Notes: generated by a model not told the origin, from the sequence alone. Shown: positions 48,338 through 58,843, counted from the stretch's first letter. The stretch is DNA of 64,000 nt from an uncultured Phycisphaerales bacterium (GCA_963755915.1 CAVWLP010000002.1:4896001-4960000); one strand, 5' to 3'. Numbers and translations: made by a program.

Positions 48338-49978
48338 ATGAGGCATAGCCTACAATCTCGCGTGAAATCAATCGTTTGTGCTTTTCGCCGGGCGGTGGTC
48401 GGGGGATTGGTATTCCTGGCGCTGTTTGCGGCCGTGCCGGCGTGGGCGCTTGATCCTTCGCAAATTCTGCTGATCACCAATGAGAATTCGCCGGACAGTC
48501 AGCGGCTGGCGGCGCTCTATTGCCAGCTTCGCGGGGTGCCGGTGGATCAGACGGTGGCGCTCGATTTGCCCAATGCCGAGGAAATGCCGTTTCTGACCTA
48601 TGAGCAGGATGTCATGGGTCCGCTGCGGCAGTATCTGGCGGATCACCAGCTCCAATCGAAAATCAAATGCCTGCTGACCTTTTACGGCGTGCCGTTTCGC
48701 ATTGCCGCCAGAGTCAACACCGAGGCGGACTTGCAGGAGCAGGCCGAGTTGAAGGATCTTCAATCGGCAACAGGGCAGGAGTTTGCCGACCTGGTGAGAT
48801 CGATTGAATCCAACGCGGCCGAGCTCGATCCGAACTTCAAGCCCGGGCGCGGCGATACGCCCGAAGCGCTCGATGCGCGATCGAAGGCGGCGATGATCGA
48901 TATTGTTTCAAAAATTCCCGCGATCGCCGATCCAGAGCAGCAGCGGGCACAAAGAGGGCGCCTGTGGGAGGACGTGGAGACGATCAACGGCCGAAGCGCC
49001 ATCGACAACGCCGAGCATGGGCAACCCGGGCCGCTGCACGACCAGGTGATGGAGGCCCGCCGGCTGATCGACACGCTGGGCGTGCAGCGCTGGGACCGGC
49101 AGGCAAGATCCGATCTTCGCCACTGGACCGAGCTGAATCTGGGCCTGGTCGGGCTTCTGCGCCTGCTCGATGCGCAGATTCAATATTTCGACACGGCCGA
49201 CACCGCATCAGCAACGGACAGCGAATTGTCGCTGCTCATGTGGGATTACTACCCGCGTTCGGGCAGGCTGCCGAACCCGATGAAGATTGATTTCATGGGG
49301 CGCTTGCAGCCGACGATGATGACCATGCGGCTCGATGCCCCAGACCCGGCAACGGTTGAGAAGATGATGCGGACCTCGATTGCGGTGGAGAAGACCGGGC
49401 TTCAGGGGATCGTCGCCATCAACGCGCGGGGCTTGCAGCCGATCGACGACAAGGGGCAACTTAATACTTACGGCGAGTTTGACGAGACGCTTCGTAATCT
49501 TGCCTATATGCTGCGCCTGAAAACCAATTTGAAGATCAAGCTGGGGAATGAGGACCTGGTTTTTCCGGCCCACACCGTCAAGAACGTGGCGCTGTATGTC
49601 GGCTGGTACAGCCTGCAAAAATATATTCCGGGTTGCGATTTCAATCCCGGGGCGGTGGGGTTTCATGTCGCAAGTTACGAGCTGACCACGCTGCACGTCC
49701 CCACGACCGAATGGGTATCCGGGCTTTTGCACGATGGAGTCGTGGCAACCCTTGGTGCGGTTGCCGAGCCCTATCTCGATTCATTTCCAAAGCCGGATGA
49801 TTTCTTTCCCCTGCTGCTGACGGGGAAGCTGACCCTTGCCGAGGTCTATTGGAAAACAACTCCTTATACGAGCTGGATGATTTCGTTCATCGGCGACCCC
49901 CTTTATACGCCATTTAAGAACGATCCGGCGATGAAGATTGAGGATTTACCCCCCGGGCTTCGGCGGGCGTTCCAATAA
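48338..49978 (+). CDS. TIGR03790-family (exosortase/PEP-CTERM-associated) protein
   Basis: N..SPDS...A..Y...R, YGVPFRI, DSEL, RLDAP, GWYS, PGAVGFHVASYE, GAVAEPYL..FP.P, SWM...GDPLY.PF. Confidence 0.85.
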   Translation: MRHSLQSRVKSIVCAFRRAVVGGLVFLALFAAVPAWALDPSQILLITNENSPDSQRLAALYCQLRGVPVDQTVALDLPNAEEMPFLTYEQDVMGPLRQYLADHQLQSKIKCLLTFYGVPFRIAARVNTEADLQEQAELKDLQSATGQEFADLVRSIESNAAELDPNFKPGRGDTPEALDARSKAAMIDIVSKIPAIADPEQQRAQRGRLWEDVETINGRSAIDNAEHGQPGPLHDQVMEARRLIDTLGVQRWDRQARSDLRHWTELNLGLVGLLRLLDAQIQYFDTADTASATDSELSLLMWDYYPRSGRLPNPMKIDFMGRLQPTMMTMRLDAPDPATVEKMMRTSIAVEKTGLQGIVAINARGLQPIDDKGQLNTYGEFDETLRNLAYMLRLKTNLKIKLGNEDLVFPAHTVKNVALYVGWYSLQKYIPGCDFNPGAVGFHVASYELTTLHVPTTEWVSGLLHDGVVATLGAVAEPYLDSFPKPDDFFPLLLTGKLTLAEVYWKTTPYTSWMISFIGDPLYTPFKNDPAMKIEDLPPGLRRAFQ

Positions 49979-50049
49979 TCCGCAAGATTCTGAAGCGGCA
50001 GCGTGGGGGTTGATTCAAGTTGCGTGGATGTTTGACCGATATTCCCTGC

Positions 50050-50217
50050 ATGGCCGTTCAGATCATTTGCCCGAATCTTCAATGCCGGAAGATTCTTTCG
50101 GTACCGGATGAAGTTCGCGGGAAACAGGTGAAGTGCCAGTATTGCCAGACGACGTTCCGGGTGCCGGAGGTTCGCAAGCCGGTGGCGGCCGCTGGCGCTG
50201 AGGCCGCGAAGAAGTAG
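50050..50217 (+). CDS. Small zinc-ribbon protein (MJ0042-finger-like)
   Basis: IICPNLQCRKILSVPDEVRGKQVKCQYCQTTFRVP. Confidence 0.8.
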   Translation: MAVQIICPNLQCRKILSVPDEVRGKQVKCQYCQTTFRVPEVRKPVAAAGAEAAKK

Positions 50218-50391
50218 CAAGCCTGACGATTCTCCCGCCATCCCCGAAAACCAACGAGCCCCCGCCTCCCAAACCAAAAGCCACACCATGGCAATGGTGT
50301 GGCCCGCATAATGGGAGCCCCGTACCAAAGCCGCAGGGGTACTCGCACCCATGGAACCACCGCACTTAAAGATTTTCCATTCGGGATAGGA

Positions 50392-51644
50392 TCACCCCGG
50401 CACAACCGATGGCGCAACATTCCCATCGGCCGCCGCCGCACGCGGCGATTCCATCAGCGAAACGTAGCTATTCCGATACGCGACATAACTGATGTACGCC
50501 ATCAGCGGTGCAACCAATCCGCCCAAAAGCGGAATGATCTGAAAAAAGATCAGTACCAGAAACAGCAAACGGATGCCCCAACGCAGCAGGAATCGCTTTC
50601 CCAGCGGCAGATATTGGCTGAACGGCAGAACGATCTCCATGCGATAATAGACGCTGGCCACAATCAGCCCGAGAATCGGCACAAGGCTCATCAAAAAGCA
50701 GACCATCAAAACCACCGGAACCCGGCGGGCAATGAAGTCGGCATATTGCGACGCGAATTTTGCCTCGGCGGAAGAAGACCCTGAGCATGTCTGACAGGCA
50801 GCAAACGGCCTCCGCGCGGGAAATCGCAAAGCGCAACTCGGGCATCGTCGTTTTTCGACCAGGCGATACGCCTGGTTCGCCGGATCGGGCGATGGATATG
50901 GCTTGGACTGACCGAGAAAACCGACCGCGCTGGGGGTCGCATTCGCCTGATGACAAGTCGGACACGCAACGGCACTAGGGTACATCAGCGTTTGGCACTG
51001 AGGACACGCGACTTTGCGCTGGTCTTCGGTGATTTCCAGACGTTTGCGAATTGCAAAAAGCACGCCGGTCGCGATGCCGATGATCAGCAGCATCAGCAGC
51101 GGAAAAATAAATAGCAGAAATACTCCGAAAACAGTCCACGCCTCTTCCAGCCAACTGATCAACTTGTCCAGCCCGGTCCCATCGAGGTGATCGAAGACCG
51201 CCAGCGCCACGCTCTTGCGAAGAACGGCGAGGCGCCAGGTCAAAATCGCGGAAACAAAAGGAAATATGGCCTGGGAAAATCCCGCCTGATGTACGCTTTG
51301 ATTGACGAACGAGGCATCGCCGGAGCTGATCACGCCCAGCGACGTCAGGGCGGCCAGGGCGGGTTTCAGATAGATGTCGAATTCATGAATCACCTGTCGA
51401 ACTTCGGGGTTCTTTTGGCCGAGAATCTCCACGACCGACAGCACCGCCAGGACAACCAATGAAATATCGCTGGTAAACCAGGTCGGCTTGCCATGCCGGA
51501 GATAGGCCAGCAACCCGAGATGATGGACCACAGGAATATCCGGCCCAAACCGAAGCAGCAGAGCCGTCAAGAGCGCGGCAAAAAGATCCGCGTCGAAAAA
51601 AGGCTGGACGATCCGATGGCATTGAAAAGCGTCGCGAGGTTCAT
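50392..51644 (-). CDS. Membrane protein (DUF4126-like N-terminus) with multiple zinc ribbons (frameshift near 51575)
   Basis: TM helices; CPQC...CPTC and CPSC...CQTC; N-terminus MNLATLFNAIGSSSLFSTRIF in another frame. Confidence 0.7.
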
Positions 51645-52040
51645 GTGATAGGGATTATATGGGTTTTCTTTCTCCAACCGATGAAAAGGCCAAGCGCACC
51701 GCCAAGGGTCGAATGAATGTGCCCGGTCGCCGAATCGCGCAAACGGCCCGCCTGGTCGGTGACCCAACTGCTCGTATCCTTGTACTTGTTCTCAGCCGCG
51801 GTGAAATCGATGTTCATCACATTGAAATAAGAGAGCAGAACCAATCCACCGAGGACGAGTGCGGTGATCGATGCCGTGATTTTCAGGAACGTCCGGAATA
51901 ACCAGCCGACCAGAAACCCAAGAAGAACGCTGGCGCCGACCCGGCGTGCCCAGCCCGCCAGTACGGACGGCGCGGGCTGGGTCGTGGGCGTCGGCTGTTG
52001 AACAGCGCCAGCTGATGTTGGTGGAATATTGGAGTCGGCC
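51641..52040 (-). CDS. FUN14-like small membrane protein; no in-frame start found (5' truncated or frameshifted)
   Basis: RVGASVLLGFLVGWLFRTFLKITASITALVLGGLVLLSYFNVMNIDF...GGALGLFIGWRK. Confidence 0.6.
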
Positions 52041-52565
52041 AGCGTGTGATATCCTCGATGAGCCCGACGGCAGTGTAGTCCTGCTGAGTCGTTATGGCAT
52101 TCTTCGGATGTGTTCAGACGGCAATCCGTTGGCGAAAGTTAGTGCTTTCACGCGAAACAATTTCGCCTTGAAATTCCCGGGCCAGATCACGCATTGCAGG
52201 AGTTCGAATCCTGTTGCTTGCTCGCCTTAACTCCAGATTTTCCGAAGGAATTTGAACAACTCATCGAACCAAAGGAAGTTCATAAGTAGTGATGCGGCAA
52301 AAAGATGCCGTGATGAAATTGCCGAAACGAATTTCCGTCCCGTCGAATCGGAGCGACAAGGTTTGAACTCACTTTGCCCGAAACCCCAAGCGGAGACCCG
52401 ACCTAATCATTACGCACACGCAGCTCGAACATGCCCCGGTTTGTTTACTCTTAATCAAATCCCCTCACCCGCCCGCAAATAAAGCTAGCACACACTAATC
52501 AAATTCGCGAAAAATGTAAAAAAACGTAAAATTATGTAAATCCCCCCCCACCGAATCAGACCTCC

Positions 52566-53326
52566 TCAACTCAACCCCATCCCCCGCACATTCTTCAGAC
52601 TAATCGCCAAACTCTCAAACGGATCGCGCTGGCAGATGTCCTGCTCGATGATATACCACTCCACCCCTGCCGCCCGGCAGGCCTGGAGGATCGCCGGCCA
52701 ATTAAGATTCCCCTCCCCCACTTCTGCCATCAGCGGGTTGCGGTCGGCGTCGATCGCAAAGTCCTTCAGGTGAACGCAGGGGATCCGGCCGGAGACTTTG
52801 GCGATCCACGCCGCCGGATCCCCCCGCCGTGCTGGATCCAGTAGGTGTCGATCTCCATCCAGATTTCCGGAGAGAAATGATCCAGCAGCGTCTGCAGCGC
52901 CACCTTCCCGTCGAAGCGGGCCAGCTCGTGGCTGTGATTGTGATATCCGACGCGAACGCCCGATCCGCGGAACTTTGCCGCGACCTCGTTGAATTCCTTC
53001 GCGAACTTCGGCCAATCGGCTGCCTTGGGCGCCTTGGGAAAGAACCCTCCTATCGCCGTAAATTTGCAGTTCCAGAGGCGATGCTCCTCGATGACCGCGG
53101 CGGTTTCATCGCGCATGCGCTCCAGCGAGACGTGCGTCGCGCAGCAGGCAAGCCCTTCGCCCTGCAATATCTTCGCCAGCTCCTTCGGGTCGATTTTCCC
53201 CAGCGCCGAAAGCTGCACCGCGTCATAGCCGATCTTCTTCACGCGCTTCAGCGTCAATGCGATGTCGGCAGGCGTTTTGGTGAAGTCCCGAAGGGTATAC
53301 ATCTGAGCGGCAATCGTGGTTGGCAT
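52566..53326 (-). CDS. Sugar phosphate isomerase/epimerase, xylose-isomerase-like TIM barrel (frameshift in a C run near 52820)
   Basis: AQMYTLRD, GYHNHSHE, EIDTYW, VHLKD, EVGEGNL.W, IIEQD. Confidence 0.9.
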
Positions 53327-53445
53327 CGCGGTCTCCGTGGAGTTTGGAGGCTATTATTGGACGAGCGTTTTGCAGACGCCGAGGTCGGTTGCTAACATAC
53401 AGCGGAGCCGCCGCGGAATGAAGCGTGAAAGGATTTCCTGCTGCG

Positions 53446-54342
53446 ATGACGTATTGTTTGGGCATTGTAACGAAATTCGGGCTGGTCATGGCCTCCGACT
53501 CGCGGACCAACGCGGGTTATGACCAGGTGAACACGTGTCGAAAGATGTACACCTTCGTCAAGGAGGGGGAGCGGGTCTTCATCCTCCTCGCGAGCGGAAG
53601 TCTTTCCTGCACGCAATCGGTCATCACGCAATTGCGGCGCGACTTTGTCGCGGGGCTTGGGCTTGCCCAGGTGTCGACGATGTATGACGCCGCCCGGATC
53701 ATCGGGCAGGAAGTGCGCAAAGTCGCGGAGCTGGACCGCTCGGCCCTGGAGCGCGACGACTACAAATTCAACGTCCATTTTCTGCTTGGCGGACAGATGC
53801 AGGGAGAGGCGCCGGGACTCTTTCTGATTTATCCGCAGGGCAACCCGCTTCAGGCGACGGAAGAATCGCCTTATCTGCAGATCGGGGAGACGAAATACGG
53901 GCGGCCGATCTTGGATCGCGGGATTCGGTTCGAGAAAACGACCCTGGAAGAGGCGGCGAAATATGCGCTGCTGTCGCTGGATTCGACAATGAAATCGAAC
54001 GTGACGGTGGGGCCGCCCATCGATCTGCTGGCGTATGAAGTCAATTCGCTGGCGGTCACGCATCAGCGGCGCTTCATGGCGGACGATGCCGACCTGATGA
54101 AAATCGGCCAGCGGTGGCAGCAGGCGCTGCGCGTGGCGGTGGCGCGATTGCCGAACATCCGCTTCAAGATCGCGACCAAAGCGATGGAGGAGAACGCGCA
54201 GGAATCGATCCAACTGGTGGAGTCACCGCCGTCGCCCGAGCCGGCGACGGAATTACAATCCCAATCCGAGGGCAACGCCCGAATGCAATCGCGCGGCGGC
54301 CTCGGGCGAAGACTAGCTGCTCTACTTTCAAATCTGCTGTAG
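53446..54342 (+). CDS. Anbu proteasome-type Ntn protease
   Basis: MTYCLG...GLVMASDSRTNAG.D....RKM with N-terminal Thr nucleophile; LFLIYPQGN, QIGETKYGRPILDR, SLDSTMKSNVTVGPPIDL. Confidence 0.92.
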   Translation: MTYCLGIVTKFGLVMASDSRTNAGYDQVNTCRKMYTFVKEGERVFILLASGSLSCTQSVITQLRRDFVAGLGLAQVSTMYDAARIIGQEVRKVAELDRSALERDDYKFNVHFLLGGQMQGEAPGLFLIYPQGNPLQATEESPYLQIGETKYGRPILDRGIRFEKTTLEEAAKYALLSLDSTMKSNVTVGPPIDLLAYEVNSLAVTHQRRFMADDADLMKIGQRWQQALRVAVARLPNIRFKIATKAMEENAQESIQLVESPPSPEPATELQSQSEGNARMQSRGGLGRRLAALLSNLL

Positions 54343-54431
54343 CGCTGCGATCGATTCACGATCGCGCGTTTTTGCATCCCCGCGTATCGCCGCGGGCGGT
54401 TTTTCATTCTATTATTTGACGAGAACCAACC

Positions 54432-55532
54432 ATGTGCGCACCGCAAACACCACTGATTCGCAAGCTGGAGGAAATGCGCCAGCGGTATGAGACTCTCCAG
54501 GAATCGATGAACGACCCCGTGGTTCAGGCGAATTCGCAGAAGCTGATCGCCGCGAGCAAGGAAGCCGGCAAGCTGGAGCCGGTCGTGAGCCGGTACCGGG
54601 AATATCAGAAGTCGATCCGGACGATCGCCGAACTGGAAGAGATGGCCGCCAATCCCGGCGATGCGGAGATGGCCAAGCTGGCCGCATCGGAGCTTCCGCC
54701 GGCCCGGCAACAGGCGGATGGGCTGCTCGAATCGCTCAAGGACGAGCTGGTTTCCGCGGAGGACAATGCGGTCGATTCGTTCTTTCTGGAAATCCGAGCC
54801 GGGACCGGCGGGGAGGAGGCCGCGCTTTTTGGCCGGGATTTGTACGAAATGTATCGCAAATATTGCGAGTCGAAGGGATACCGATTCGATGTCAGCGATT
54901 TCTCGACGGCCGAGCGCGGGGGGGTTAAGGAAGTGATCGTCAATATTCGCGGGCGCGGCGCCTATCGCCGGCTGCAATTCGAGGGAGGCGGGCATCGGGT
55001 TCAGCGCGTCCCCGAGACCGAAGCGCAAGGCCGGATTCACACCAGCGCGGCCACGGTGGCGGTGCTGCCGGAACTGCCGGATGTGAAGATCGAGATTAAC
55101 CCGAAGGACGTGGAAGAATTCGGCTGCCGGGGCGGCGGACCGGGCGGGCAGAACGTCAATAAAGTCGAAACGGGCTGGCGAATTTTGCACAAGCCTTCCG
55201 GATTGCAATTCAAAATGACGGAGCACAAGAGCCAGACGCAGAACAAGGAGCGGGCGTGGGCCCTGCTTCGGGCGACGCTATACGAAGCCGAGCAGGCGAA
55301 GCAGCACGCGGCCGTTACCAGCGCCCGCAAGGCGATGATGGGGAGCGGGGACCGGAGCCAGCGGATTCGGACGTACAATTTTCCGCAAAATCGCTGCACC
55401 GACCATCGCTTGGGCGGCGAAGGGGGCGGGGAGAAGAATTTTAGTCTGGACCAGATCATGCAGGGAATCCTCGATCCGCTGCTGAATGCTTTGCTGGAGA
55501 TGGATAAGCAGCAGAGGCTGGAAAACTTGTGA
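54432..55532 (+). CDS. prfA: Peptide chain release factor 1
   Basis: EIRAGTGGEEAALF, GHRVQRVPETE (PxT), GGQNVNK, RSQRIRTYNFPQNR.TDHR. Confidence 0.96.
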   Translation: MCAPQTPLIRKLEEMRQRYETLQESMNDPVVQANSQKLIAASKEAGKLEPVVSRYREYQKSIRTIAELEEMAANPGDAEMAKLAASELPPARQQADGLLESLKDELVSAEDNAVDSFFLEIRAGTGGEEAALFGRDLYEMYRKYCESKGYRFDVSDFSTAERGGVKEVIVNIRGRGAYRRLQFEGGGHRVQRVPETEAQGRIHTSAATVAVLPELPDVKIEINPKDVEEFGCRGGGPGGQNVNKVETGWRILHKPSGLQFKMTEHKSQTQNKERAWALLRATLYEAEQAKQHAAVTSARKAMMGSGDRSQRIRTYNFPQNRCTDHRLGGEGGGEKNFSLDQIMQGILDPLLNALLEMDKQQRLENL

Positions 55533-55592
55533 AGGGAAGCTGGAAATTGCGACTGCTACTAACTCGCCACACTTTTCATTAGAATGGTGCCC

Positions 55593-55982
55593 ATGGCTAA
55601 GGAACAAAAAACGAGCAAAACTCAGGGTAAGAAGAAATTGGAACGTAAGGTCCCCGCGGCGCCGGGGGCATCGCCGTTGATCGACCCGCTTCAATCGGCG
55701 GCGGCGGCAGCGGCAATGGTCGGGCATAAGGTTTCGGCGTCGGGAGGCACTGCGGGGCCGGGGACGGCGGGTCCTGCGACGGAGTCGAGCAGTTTTCGGA
55801 ATTTGAAGGAGTCGCTTTCCAAGCCGCACTCGCAGACGATGGGGAGTGTGCTGGATAAGATTTCGCCGGGCGGGCAGAAGAAGTCGGGGCTGCCGTTTGC
55901 GGGCGGCAAGCAGGTGGGGCATAACCAGACGTTTGGGGCGGACGTGAGCCGGCGGAATGTGCCGCGGCGGACGAACGGGTAG
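55593..55982 (+). CDS. Basic, low-complexity hypothetical protein
   Basis: Lys/Ala/Gly-rich ORF with host-like codon use; ends GADVSRRNVPRRTNG. Confidence 0.65.
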   Translation: MAKEQKTSKTQGKKKLERKVPAAPGASPLIDPLQSAAAAAAMVGHKVSASGGTAGPGTAGPATESSSFRNLKESLSKPHSQTMGSVLDKISPGGQKKSGLPFAGGKQVGHNQTFGADVSRRNVPRRTNG

Positions 55983-55990
55983 AGCGCACT

Positions 55991-56224
55991 TCACTGCATC
56001 GAATGGCCATTTAATGTTTCGCTGTATTCCAGCGCCGCGGCGAAGACCGCGGAGATGCAGTCGCAGTTTACGTCGCTATTTTCAATCGTCGTGCGCACGG
56101 ATTGGAATCGGTCAAGCGCGATTCCGATAACAAGTTTCTTTTCGTCAGCCGAAAGATCGAGCGATTCGACCAATTCAGTGGCGGCGAGCAGCGCCTGTTG
56201 GCGGGCGGATGATTTTCGGTTCAT
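55991..56224 (-). CDS. Small hypothetical protein
   Basis: AGGAG RBS before MNRKSSARQQALL; helical protein-like sequence. Confidence 0.5.
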   Translation of the reverse strand: MNRKSSARQQALLAATELVESLDLSADEKKLVIGIALDRFQSVRTTIENSDVNCDCISAVFAAALEYSETLNGHSMQ

Positions 56225-56258
56225 GGGGGATCTCCTGCTTCTTTGTGGATCGAATGTC

Positions 56259-56945
56259 TCATCGAAATTTTTGCATGAGCATTTGTGCGATGACCAGGTA
56301 GGAATTCGTAAAGGCGTCCTTGCGGAAAAAAGTTGTTGGCATAGTGGGCTGGCCGACGAATGGCCGCAGAACCCAGCCCGCCTGAACTGCGACGAAGACA
56401 TAGATCGTGAGCCACGCCCGGAGGGTCCAGCGGTGTTTCCGGTTGCGCAGGATCAGGGCGCGATAGGCGCGGTGCAGGGCGAATTGAGCGGCAGAGCTCG
56501 CCACGGCGAAGATTGACGCGTTGAACAAAATTGCATCTTGGTAATTCGGATCGGATAGGTACCAGAGGGAGGTCATTGGCGACAGAGAAGCTAGGACGAT
56601 GGTGATTGTGGCCTGGGCGGAGCCGAGTGCAGCGAGGCATTCGCGGAAGTCGGCGCGAAGGCCGAGAATTGTGTTGAGGACGAAAAACGTCGGGAGTGTC
56701 AGGGAAAAAGACGTCAGGAGGAGCAGCGGGATCTTGATGGCGGAATAGATGATTTGCTCCGGTCGGGGCTGGGCGGTTCCAGCGAACGCGCCCATGACGG
56801 CGCCATACCAGCAGCCGCAGGCGATGAGGATGATCCAGAGAGGCGTAAGGCTCGCGAGATTTCTGCCGGGAATTTGCCGGCCGCGAAGGATCGCGTCGAT
56901 GCGGACGAAGGGAGCGGCTGCGGAATTTGATGTGTGCTGAGTCAT
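56259..56945 (-). CDS. Yip1-like multi-pass membrane protein (paralogue 2)
   Basis: YGAVMG, SAIKIPLLLL, LPTFFVLN, QAGWVLRPFVGQP; ATGA overlap with the upstream gene. Confidence 0.75.
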   Translation of the reverse strand: MTQHTSNSAAAPFVRIDAILRGRQIPGRNLASLTPLWIILIACGCWYGAVMGAFAGTAQPRPEQIIYSAIKIPLLLLTSFSLTLPTFFVLNTILGLRADFRECLAALGSAQATITIVLASLSPMTSLWYLSDPNYQDAILFNASIFAVASSAAQFALHRAYRALILRNRKHRWTLRAWLTIYVFVAVQAGWVLRPFVGQPTMPTTFFRKDAFTNSYLVIAQMLMQKFR

Positions 56946-57727
56946 CGCCAGGTGATTAGTCTGTATGCCGCCTGGAAGACAGCCTGGAAAAAGTTTGAAT
57001 AGGGGGAGCGGAACCAGGTGAAGGGCTGATCGGGACGTCCGATGAACGGGCGCAGGACCCAGGCCATCTGGCATCCCACCAGGCCGAAGACAATGACCCA
57101 GATGCGAAAGACCGTTTTCACGTGCGGCGCCAGAACGTAGTCGGAGGACGGATCGAGGGGCCCGGGTTGCGAGATAGGGGGATCGGCCTGCGCGGTCGTA
57201 TCGGGCGGCAATGGCGCCGTGATTTGCACGACCGTCATGCGGTGCAGGGTCTGAAGGAGAAATGCCAGCCCGAGCAATCCGGAAACGGCAAAGACGAGGA
57301 CGTTCAGAATCAGCATGAAATCGTAGCTGCGTGTTGTGAAGGAAAAGAAACCAACGATCGGTCCGATTGAAGCGAGTACGGCAAGGATCACACCCAGCGA
57401 CGCGATCAGGAGGCGAAGCAGCGATGAAATAATCAGGCGGGATCCGACCAGGGCGTTGAAGACGTAGAGTGAAGGGAACGTGACGGCGAGGGTCGCGAGA
57501 AAAAGCGTCGGCACTTTGAGCATGGCGGCGAGAAGCTGCATGGGATGGTGGCTGCCGCCAGGGGTCAGGGAGAAGAGGCCCATGCAGCAGCCGTACATGG
57601 CGCCGAGGGCGGCGATGACGGCGGAGAGGCCGAGGATAGGGATGTCGAAGCGGTTCTCTCGAAGCACGCTCAATTGAGTTGCCTGGCCGCGAAGAATGCT
57701 GTCGAGGGCTTTGATCCATTGCCACAT
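56942..57727 (-). CDS. Yip1-like multi-pass membrane protein (paralogue 1)
   Basis: YGCCMG, LKVPTLFLATL..TFPSLYVFN, QMAWVLRPFIGRP...FR...NFF. Confidence 0.8.
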   Translation of the reverse strand: MWQWIKALDSILRGQATQLSVLRENRFDIPILGLSAVIAALGAMYGCCMGLFSLTPGGSHHPMQLLAAMLKVPTLFLATLAVTFPSLYVFNALVGSRLIISSLLRLLIASLGVILAVLASIGPIVGFFSFTTRSYDFMLILNVLVFAVSGLLGLAFLLQTLHRMTVVQITAPLPPDTTAQADPPISQPGPLDPSSDYVLAPHVKTVFRIWVIVFGLVGCQMAWVLRPFIGRPDQPFTWFRSPYSNFFQAVFQAAYRLITWR

Positions 57728-57763
57728 TGAAAATCTCCTGATCGTTTTCTCTGTATCTCAAAC

Positions 57764-57782
57764 TACTTTATATTGCAAAGTA
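57764..57782. promoter_or_regulatory. Palindromic operator TACTTT-N7-AAAGTA
   Basis: tactttatattgcaaagta upstream of 57727; second copy at 58844-58860. Confidence 0.75.
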
Positions 57783-57818
57783 CAATGGCGTAGCAATTAT
57801 CCGCTTGACATAAGGCGT

Positions 57819-58220
57819 TTACGACAAGGCTGGGATGCCTATCACGGCTGATTTAGGAAAATGGGACGATTTTTTTCCCCCTGCCGAGGCGTCGGCGACG
57901 ACCGACTGTAGAGTTTGAATATATTCGAGGAATCGGGCGCGGCCGGCCTCACTGAGACGACAGCGCGTCTGCGGACGATTTCGGTGATAACCCTTCCAGA
58001 TTTCGACCAGGCCATTTTCCTGAAGGAGCTGAATCTGCCGGCTCAGGTTGCCGTCCGTCAGGGAGCAGAGCGTTTTCAGCTCGGTGAAGAGCAGGCCATC
58101 GGGATGGGCGGCAAGGGAAGATAAGATGCCCAGGCGCGAGCGTTCGTGAATGAGACGGTCGAGGCCCTCGTAGGCGAATCGGCCGGAGGCGCGCTTGGGG
58201 ATTTCGTTATTTCGACTCAT
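57819..58220 (-). CDS. Winged-helix transcriptional regulator (HTH_34/MarR-like)
   Basis: LDRLIHERSRLGILSSL...FTELK...LTDGNLSRQ...L...G.V...GRARF..Y. Confidence 0.9.
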   Translation of the reverse strand: MSRNNEIPKRASGRFAYEGLDRLIHERSRLGILSSLAAHPDGLLFTELKTLCSLTDGNLSRQIQLLQENGLVEIWKGYHRNRPQTRCRLSEAGRARFLEYIQTLQSVVADASAGGKKSSHFPKSAVIGIPALS

Positions 58221-58819
58221 GGGTGCGCTCCAGTGACCAGTACAAAATAAAGGCGGCGGCGCTCTGACCGATTCCAAAAGGGGCTGCGACCGTCCAGGGC
58301 GAAAAAGCGAATTGATGCGCAAAGGGAGTGAGGCAAACCACGCCTGCGAGGATGTAAAACGCGCCGACCAGCCCGATCGGCCGAGGCAGGAGCGATCGCG
58401 AATAGATCACACCAAGGCCGAAGAAAATCGACCAGAATCCGGGGAGGAGCCAGAGGGATTCCAACGAGGAATATGAGAGCGCGAGCGTTACGATGCCGCC
58501 AACCGCGATGAATGGGAGCAATTGCTCGATGGCTTGAGTGGTAAGTCGCCGATTCAGGGATGATTCGGTGCGGTGGAAGCGGACGGTCATTTCCGCGGCG
58601 ACGATAATCAGGCAAATAATCGCTACGGTTATCCAAAGCTCAACGAATCGGAGGGGATCGCGCGGGTTGGGGGATCCACCAAGGCTGGAAAAGCGCCGCG
58701 GCGATGGCGACGATCGCGGTGAAGAATGTCGTCAGGGCGCGATAACCCCGAAAAGTTCGGGCGAGACCGATCTGCCGATGGATTTGGGCGATCTGATCGA
58801 GAGCACTGTCGAGTTCCAT
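58207..58819 (-). CDS. Multi-pass membrane protein (frameshift near 58680)
   Basis: MELDSALDQIAQIHRQI...FRGYR N-terminus; LLPGFWSIFFGLG...PFGIGQ..AA.ILY C-terminus. Confidence 0.7.
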
Positions 58820-58843
58820 TGGAGCAACTCCGGTTTAGAAGTT

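Noticed and set aside
55120-55170. Divergent sequence around the RF1 GGQ loop (FGCRGGGPGGQ) as a sign of altered stop-codon decoding
   Set aside because: GGQ and the PxT (PET) motif are intact, and genes in the window end normally in TAA, TAG and TGA.
58221-58322. Second RAPP (VRAPP) in the extended ORF 57819-58322
   Set aside because: Lies upstream of the real regulator start (58220), in an alternative frame of the membrane-protein gene; probably not translated.
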